Source: Chthoniobacteraceae bacterium (GTDB taxonomy: Bacteria > Verrucomicrobiota > Verrucomicrobiia > Chthoniobacterales > Chthoniobacteraceae). From it: 64,000 nt of DNA. The notes below the pieces were generated by a model that ran no database searches, was not told the origin of the DNA, and saw only the letters and a program-made list of their open reading frames with translations. The position numbers were made by a program, and so were the translations under genes. The first letter of the stretch is position 1; the number at the start of each line of letters is the position of its first letter. The stretch is from contig JANNXQ010000127.1 of the NCBI GenBank assembly GCA_031409655.1, forward strand, positions 1-64,000. The letters run 5' to 3'. Positions 60,000-64,000 of the stretch are shown piece by piece.

Positions 60000-61895
60000 A
60001 TGAATCTCTCCCGCCGCTTCCTCCTCAAACTTGCCGCGCTCTTCACCTGGCGCGGGCCTTCCACCTGGCTCCACGCTGCTGAAGCCGCGAATCCGCAGCC
60101 CTTCGGTGCGGAGTTTCCGAATCTCGATTCGCTCGCGGTCGGCGAGTGGTGGAGCAAGAAGTCGCGGGAGAAGAATCCGCCTCCTTCGCTCGATGTGCCG
60201 CGCGAAGACGTCGTCGCATTTGCCCTCTACACGCAGGATCGCGGCGTGCTGAAAATGACGGCCCAGCTCTATCCGCTGAAGCCGGGCGAGGAACTCGCGG
60301 CGCGGCTGGAGGTGCGGCGCGACGGGCAGTGGCAGGAGATTTCCAAGACGCCCGTGGTGCTGCCGGGCTGGAGCGCGCATTTTCGCGTGGAAAAATGGGA
60401 TGCGAGCAAGGACGTGCCGTATCGCGTGCGGCATGGGGAGAAGGCCACGTTCGAGGGGCTCATCCGGCGCGACCCGATCGACAAGGACGAGATCGTCGTC
60501 GCGAACATGTCGTGCAACAGCAGCCGCACGACGGGCGAGCGGCCCGAGATCATCGCGCATCTGCGGGCGCAGAATCCCGACCTGCTTTTCTTTGCGGGCG
60601 ATCAGACCTATCGGCACACGGAGCACACCGCGGGGTGGATCGAATTCGGGCTGCAATTCCGCGATGTGATGCGCGACCGACCCACGATCTCGATCCCGGA
60701 CGATCACGATGTCGGGCACGGAAATCTGTGGGGGGAAAATGGCAAGCGTTCGACGATCCAGGGAGATGCCGACGGGGGTTACCGCTATCCGGTCGAGTAT
60801 GTGAATCAGGTCCAGCGGCAGCAGTCGTGGAATCTGCCCGATCCCGTGGATCCCGCGCCCGTCGAGCGCGGGATCAGCGTCTATTTTACGCGGCTGCGCG
60901 TCGGTGGCGTGGACTTCGCGATCCTCGAAGATCGCAAGTTCAAGAGCGGCCCTGCCGGCAAAATCCCACAGATGGGACCGCGCCCGGATCACATCAATGA
61001 TCCCAGCTACGATCCGAAGACCATCGACCTGCCTGGCCTGCAATTGCTCGGCGCGCGACAGGAGAAATTCCTGCACGAGTGGGGCCAGGACTGGACCGGC
61101 GCGGAGATGAAAGCGGTGCTCTCGGCGACTGCTTTCTGCGGTGCCGTGCACATGCATGGCGGGCGCGAGCAGCGCCTGCTCGCCGATCTCGATTGCAACG
61201 GCTGGCCGCAGATGCCGCGCAACCGCGCGCTCGAATCCATTCGCCGCGCCTGGGCCGTGCATCTCTGCGGCGATCAGCATCTCGCCGTCGTGGTGAAAAA
61301 TGGGATCACCGATTTCGGCGACGGCCCCTACGGCTTCACCAGTCCCGCGCTCGTGAACACGATCTACGGACGCTGGTGGCATCCGCTCGACGAAAAGCCC
61401 GGCCCGAATCCGGTGCCCGGCAGCCCGCTGCCGTGGACCGGCGATTTCAAGGACGGCCTCGGCAACAAAATCTCGATGCTGGCTTACGCGAATCCCGCCG
61501 ACGTGAAGGACGAGAAGCAGCGCGCCGACGGCTACGGCCTCGCGCGCTTCCACAAGAAGACGCGGAAGATCACTTTCGAGTGCTGGCCGCGCTTTTCGGA
61601 AAAGGAGCAATTCCCCGGCTGGCCCATCACCGTGGCGATGGAGGCGAACGACGGGCGCAAGGTCGCGGGCCATCTGCCGGAGCTGATCTTCGAGGGAGCG
61701 GCGAGTCCCGTGGTGCAAGTGATCGAGGAAAAGAGCGGCGAGATTTTGTACACCGTCCGAGTGCAGGACGACCGCTTCCACCCGCGCGTCTATGCGCCCG
61801 GAAAGTACACCGTGAAAATCGGCCGCGATCGTCCCGATGGACAGACCCTCACCGGCCTCGAACCCGCGGACGCTGAACGGCGGATCAAAGTGTGA
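60000..61895 (+). CDS. Tat-exported PhoD-like metallophosphoesterase
   Basis: LSRRFLL; MSCN, FFAGDQTY, IPDDHDVG, LEDRKFK, LLG.RQ, NGWP..R, LCGDQH. Confidence 0.8.
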   Translation: MNLSRRFLLKLAALFTWRGPSTWLHAAEAANPQPFGAEFPNLDSLAVGEWWSKKSREKNPPPSLDVPREDVVAFALYTQDRGVLKMTAQLYPLKPGEELAARLEVRRDGQWQEISKTPVVLPGWSAHFRVEKWDASKDVPYRVRHGEKATFEGLIRRDPIDKDEIVVANMSCNSSRTTGERPEIIAHLRAQNPDLLFFAGDQTYRHTEHTAGWIEFGLQFRDVMRDRPTISIPDDHDVGHGNLWGENGKRSTIQGDADGGYRYPVEYVNQVQRQQSWNLPDPVDPAPVERGISVYFTRLRVGGVDFAILEDRKFKSGPAGKIPQMGPRPDHINDPSYDPKTIDLPGLQLLGARQEKFLHEWGQDWTGAEMKAVLSATAFCGAVHMHGGREQRLLADLDCNGWPQMPRNRALESIRRAWAVHLCGDQHLAVVVKNGITDFGDGPYGFTSPALVNTIYGRWWHPLDEKPGPNPVPGSPLPWTGDFKDGLGNKISMLAYANPADVKDEKQRADGYGLARFHKKTRKITFECWPRFSEKEQFPGWPITVAMEANDGRKVAGHLPELIFEGAASPVVQVIEEKSGEILYTVRVQDDRFHPRVYAPGKYTVKIGRDRPDGQTLTGLEPADAERRIKV

Positions 61896-61977
61896 CGGTG
61901 CTGCGGACCGCAAGTCCGCGCCATTTTGGTTTGTCCCAAAATCCACCCACTCGCGCCGTTACTGGAAGCATTCCCCC

Positions 61978-63300
61978 ATGCGCATTCTCAACTTCCTCCT
62001 GCTCCTCGCGATGAGCCCCGCTGCGGCCCTTGCGGCGGCAAAGCCAAACGTCCTCCTCTTCTATGTGGACGATATGGGTTGGGCGCAGCCGGGTTGCTTC
62101 GGAGGAAAACTCGCGCCGACGCCGAATATTGACGCGCTGGCAGCGGGCGGTGTGCGCTTCACCGATGGTTACTCATCCGGTTGCGTGTGCTCGCCGGGCC
62201 GCGTGGGTTTGCTCACCGGACGCTACCAGGCGCGCACCGGGCACGACGCGAATCCGAACCGCGCCGGCAAGGAACTGCTGCTCAGCGAGACGACGATGGC
62301 GCAGCGGATGAAGGCGCTCGGCTACGCGACGGGCATCGTCGGCAAGTGGCACCTCGGCAACACCTCGCCGGAGTTTCTACCTGCCGCGCGAGGGTTCGAT
62401 TTTTCCATGGGCACGGTCGGCAATCTGGGTGAAGGCAAAGGCCCGTCGTTCTATCGCGGCAAGGAACTGCTGCAGGAACTGCCCGGCGCGCCGGTCACGT
62501 CACCGATCTACGCACGCGAGTCGCTCGCCTTCATCGAGGCGCACAAGGGCCAGCCGTGGTTTCTCCATCTCTCGTTCAATGCGGTGCATTCGCCGATCGT
62601 CGCGTCACCGCATTGGCTGGAGAAGTTTCAGCACCTCGACAAACGCCAGCAAGCGTACGCCGCGCTCACGGCGGAAGCGGACGCGGCGATCGGCGCGGTC
62701 ATGGCAAAGTTGCGCGAGCTGAAGATCGAGGAGAACACCCTCATCTTTTTCCTCAGCGACAATGGCGGCGCGTCGCCCCTCGCGGAGATGGGCGGGCTGC
62801 GCGGGCGGAAGTGGTTCGTCTGGGAAGGCGGCATTCGCGTCTCGTGGATCGCCGCATGGAAAGGCCGCATCCCCGCCGGGCGCGTCTCGCACGAGCCGGT
62901 CATCCAGCTCGACGTGCTGCCCTCCGCGCTCGCCGCGGCCGGCGGTGCAGTGAAACCCGAGTGGCAGCTCGACGGCGTGAATCTTCTCCCGCTGCTCGAA
63001 GGCCGGGCCGACCAGCTCGCGCCGCGCGCGCTCTACTTCCGCTTCGGCGTGCAATACGCCGTGCGCGAGGGCGACTGGAAACTCGTCAAGGCGTCGAAGG
63101 ACATGACCCCGATGCTCGTGAACCTCGCCGCCGACCTCGGCGAGCAGACCGATCTCACTGCGCAGCAGCCGGAGAAAGCGCAGGCATTGCAAACGCGCTT
63201 CGATCAATGGAACGCCACGATGCAACCGCCGCGCTGGGAAGATCAGCGCTGGAACGGCGACCCGGAACGCAAGACCGCGAAGAAAGCTAAAAGGAAATAA
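61978..63300 (+). CDS. Sulfatase
   Basis: Signal peptide; NVLLFYVDDMG, CSPGRVGLLTGRY, GKWHLG, FLSDNG, EGGIRV. Confidence 0.93.
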   Translation: MRILNFLLLLAMSPAAALAAAKPNVLLFYVDDMGWAQPGCFGGKLAPTPNIDALAAGGVRFTDGYSSGCVCSPGRVGLLTGRYQARTGHDANPNRAGKELLLSETTMAQRMKALGYATGIVGKWHLGNTSPEFLPAARGFDFSMGTVGNLGEGKGPSFYRGKELLQELPGAPVTSPIYARESLAFIEAHKGQPWFLHLSFNAVHSPIVASPHWLEKFQHLDKRQQAYAALTAEADAAIGAVMAKLRELKIEENTLIFFLSDNGGASPLAEMGGLRGRKWFVWEGGIRVSWIAAWKGRIPAGRVSHEPVIQLDVLPSALAAAGGAVKPEWQLDGVNLLPLLEGRADQLAPRALYFRFGVQYAVREGDWKLVKASKDMTPMLVNLAADLGEQTDLTAQQPEKAQALQTRFDQWNATMQPPRWEDQRWNGDPERKTAKKAKRK

Positions 63301-63307
63301 CCCATCC

Positions 63308-64000
63308 ATGAAAACACTCCTCACCACTCTCCTCGCCGTGGCCGTACTGAGCAGCCTCACCACCGCCGAGGCCGCCGTAGCCAAGCCGAACATCATCTTC
63401 ATACTCGCCGACGATCTCGGGATCGATGGCGTGAGCTGCTACGGCGCGGACAAGCACAAGACGCCGAACATCGACAAGCTCGCGGCGTCGGGCACGCGCT
63501 TCGAAACGTGTTACGCGGCGCCGCTCTGCGGCCCTTCTCGTTGTCTGCTGATGACGGGTCGCTACGCCTTCCGCACCGGCGGCATCACCAATGGTTCGTG
63601 GCGCGGGGATGGGCCGGGCGCGAAATCAAAGGACGAGTGGTCGATCGCGAAGGTACTCAAGCAGAGCGGATACGTGACGGGCGAGTCGGGCAAATGGCGG
63701 CAGGTCGGCGAGACGCCGCGCGATTGGGGCTTCGATGAATACTGCACGGACCCGACGGCGGGCGGCTGGTTTTGGAAGGATAGCTACGAGAAGAACGGCG
63801 AGCAGGTCAGCGCGCCCGGCTCCTACAACCCGGACATCATTCAGGCGTTCAGCCTCGACTTCATCCGGCGGCACCAGAGCCAGCCGTTCTTCCTCTACTA
63901 CCCGATGCACCTCGTGCATGGCCCGATCCTCCGCACGCCGGACACGAAGGAAGGCAGCGACCTCTACAAGGATAACATCGCCTACATGGACAAGCAGGTC
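63308..64000 (+). CDS. Sulfatase (partial, runs off the right edge)
   Basis: MKTLLTTLLAVAV..KPNIIFILADDLG..TPNIDKLA..CGPSRCLLMTGRY; absent from the ORF track because it has no stop in the window. Confidence 0.92.
   Translation, partial: MKTLLTTLLAVAVLSSLTTAEAAVAKPNIIFILADDLGIDGVSCYGADKHKTPNIDKLAASGTRFETCYAAPLCGPSRCLLMTGRYAFRTGGITNGSWRGDGPGAKSKDEWSIAKVLKQSGYVTGESGKWRQVGETPRDWGFDEYCTDPTAGGWFWKDSYEKNGEQVSAPGSYNPDIIQAFSLDFIRRHQSQPFFLYYPMHLVHGPILRTPDTKEGSDLYKDNIAYMDKQV

Overview
GC-rich bacterial chromosomal window, most likely Verrucomicrobiota (Chthoniobacterales-like); this is inferred from the gene families present (PSD1/DUF1501, many sulfatases, RsmA-NUDIX fusion, TIGR02999-type ECF sigma remnant). 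From left to right: a frameshifted, repeat-rich secreted surface-protein gene preceded by a mosaic pseudogene scar; tgt; a Uma2 nuclease; a di-haem lipoprotein; moaC, mog and moaA; a PhyH-family dioxygenase; Prc protease; recO; squalene-hopene cyclase; rsmA-NUDIX; infA; a yqjDEK-like trio. Next is a ~16.4 kb nitrate-assimilation cluster (26084-42511) with unusual wiring: a NarB/NasA-type reductase beside a DmsB-DmsC-like membrane fusion, NirA plus a CysJ-like diflavin reductase sharing an N-terminal motif, a porin, NrtBCD, three NrtA paralogs, and a divergent LysR with no ANTAR gene in the window. After that come a nested MITE, a beta-propeller/MFS/EhpF-like operon, and a sialidase/NanA/sulfatase/PSD1/DUF1501 glycan-use region. 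Many inverted short-tandem-repeat (mostly heptamer) elements are scattered throughout, several in frame inside enzymes. No rRNA, tRNA, CRISPR array or intact transposase was recognised. All calls come from motif reading by eye; no database search was run.
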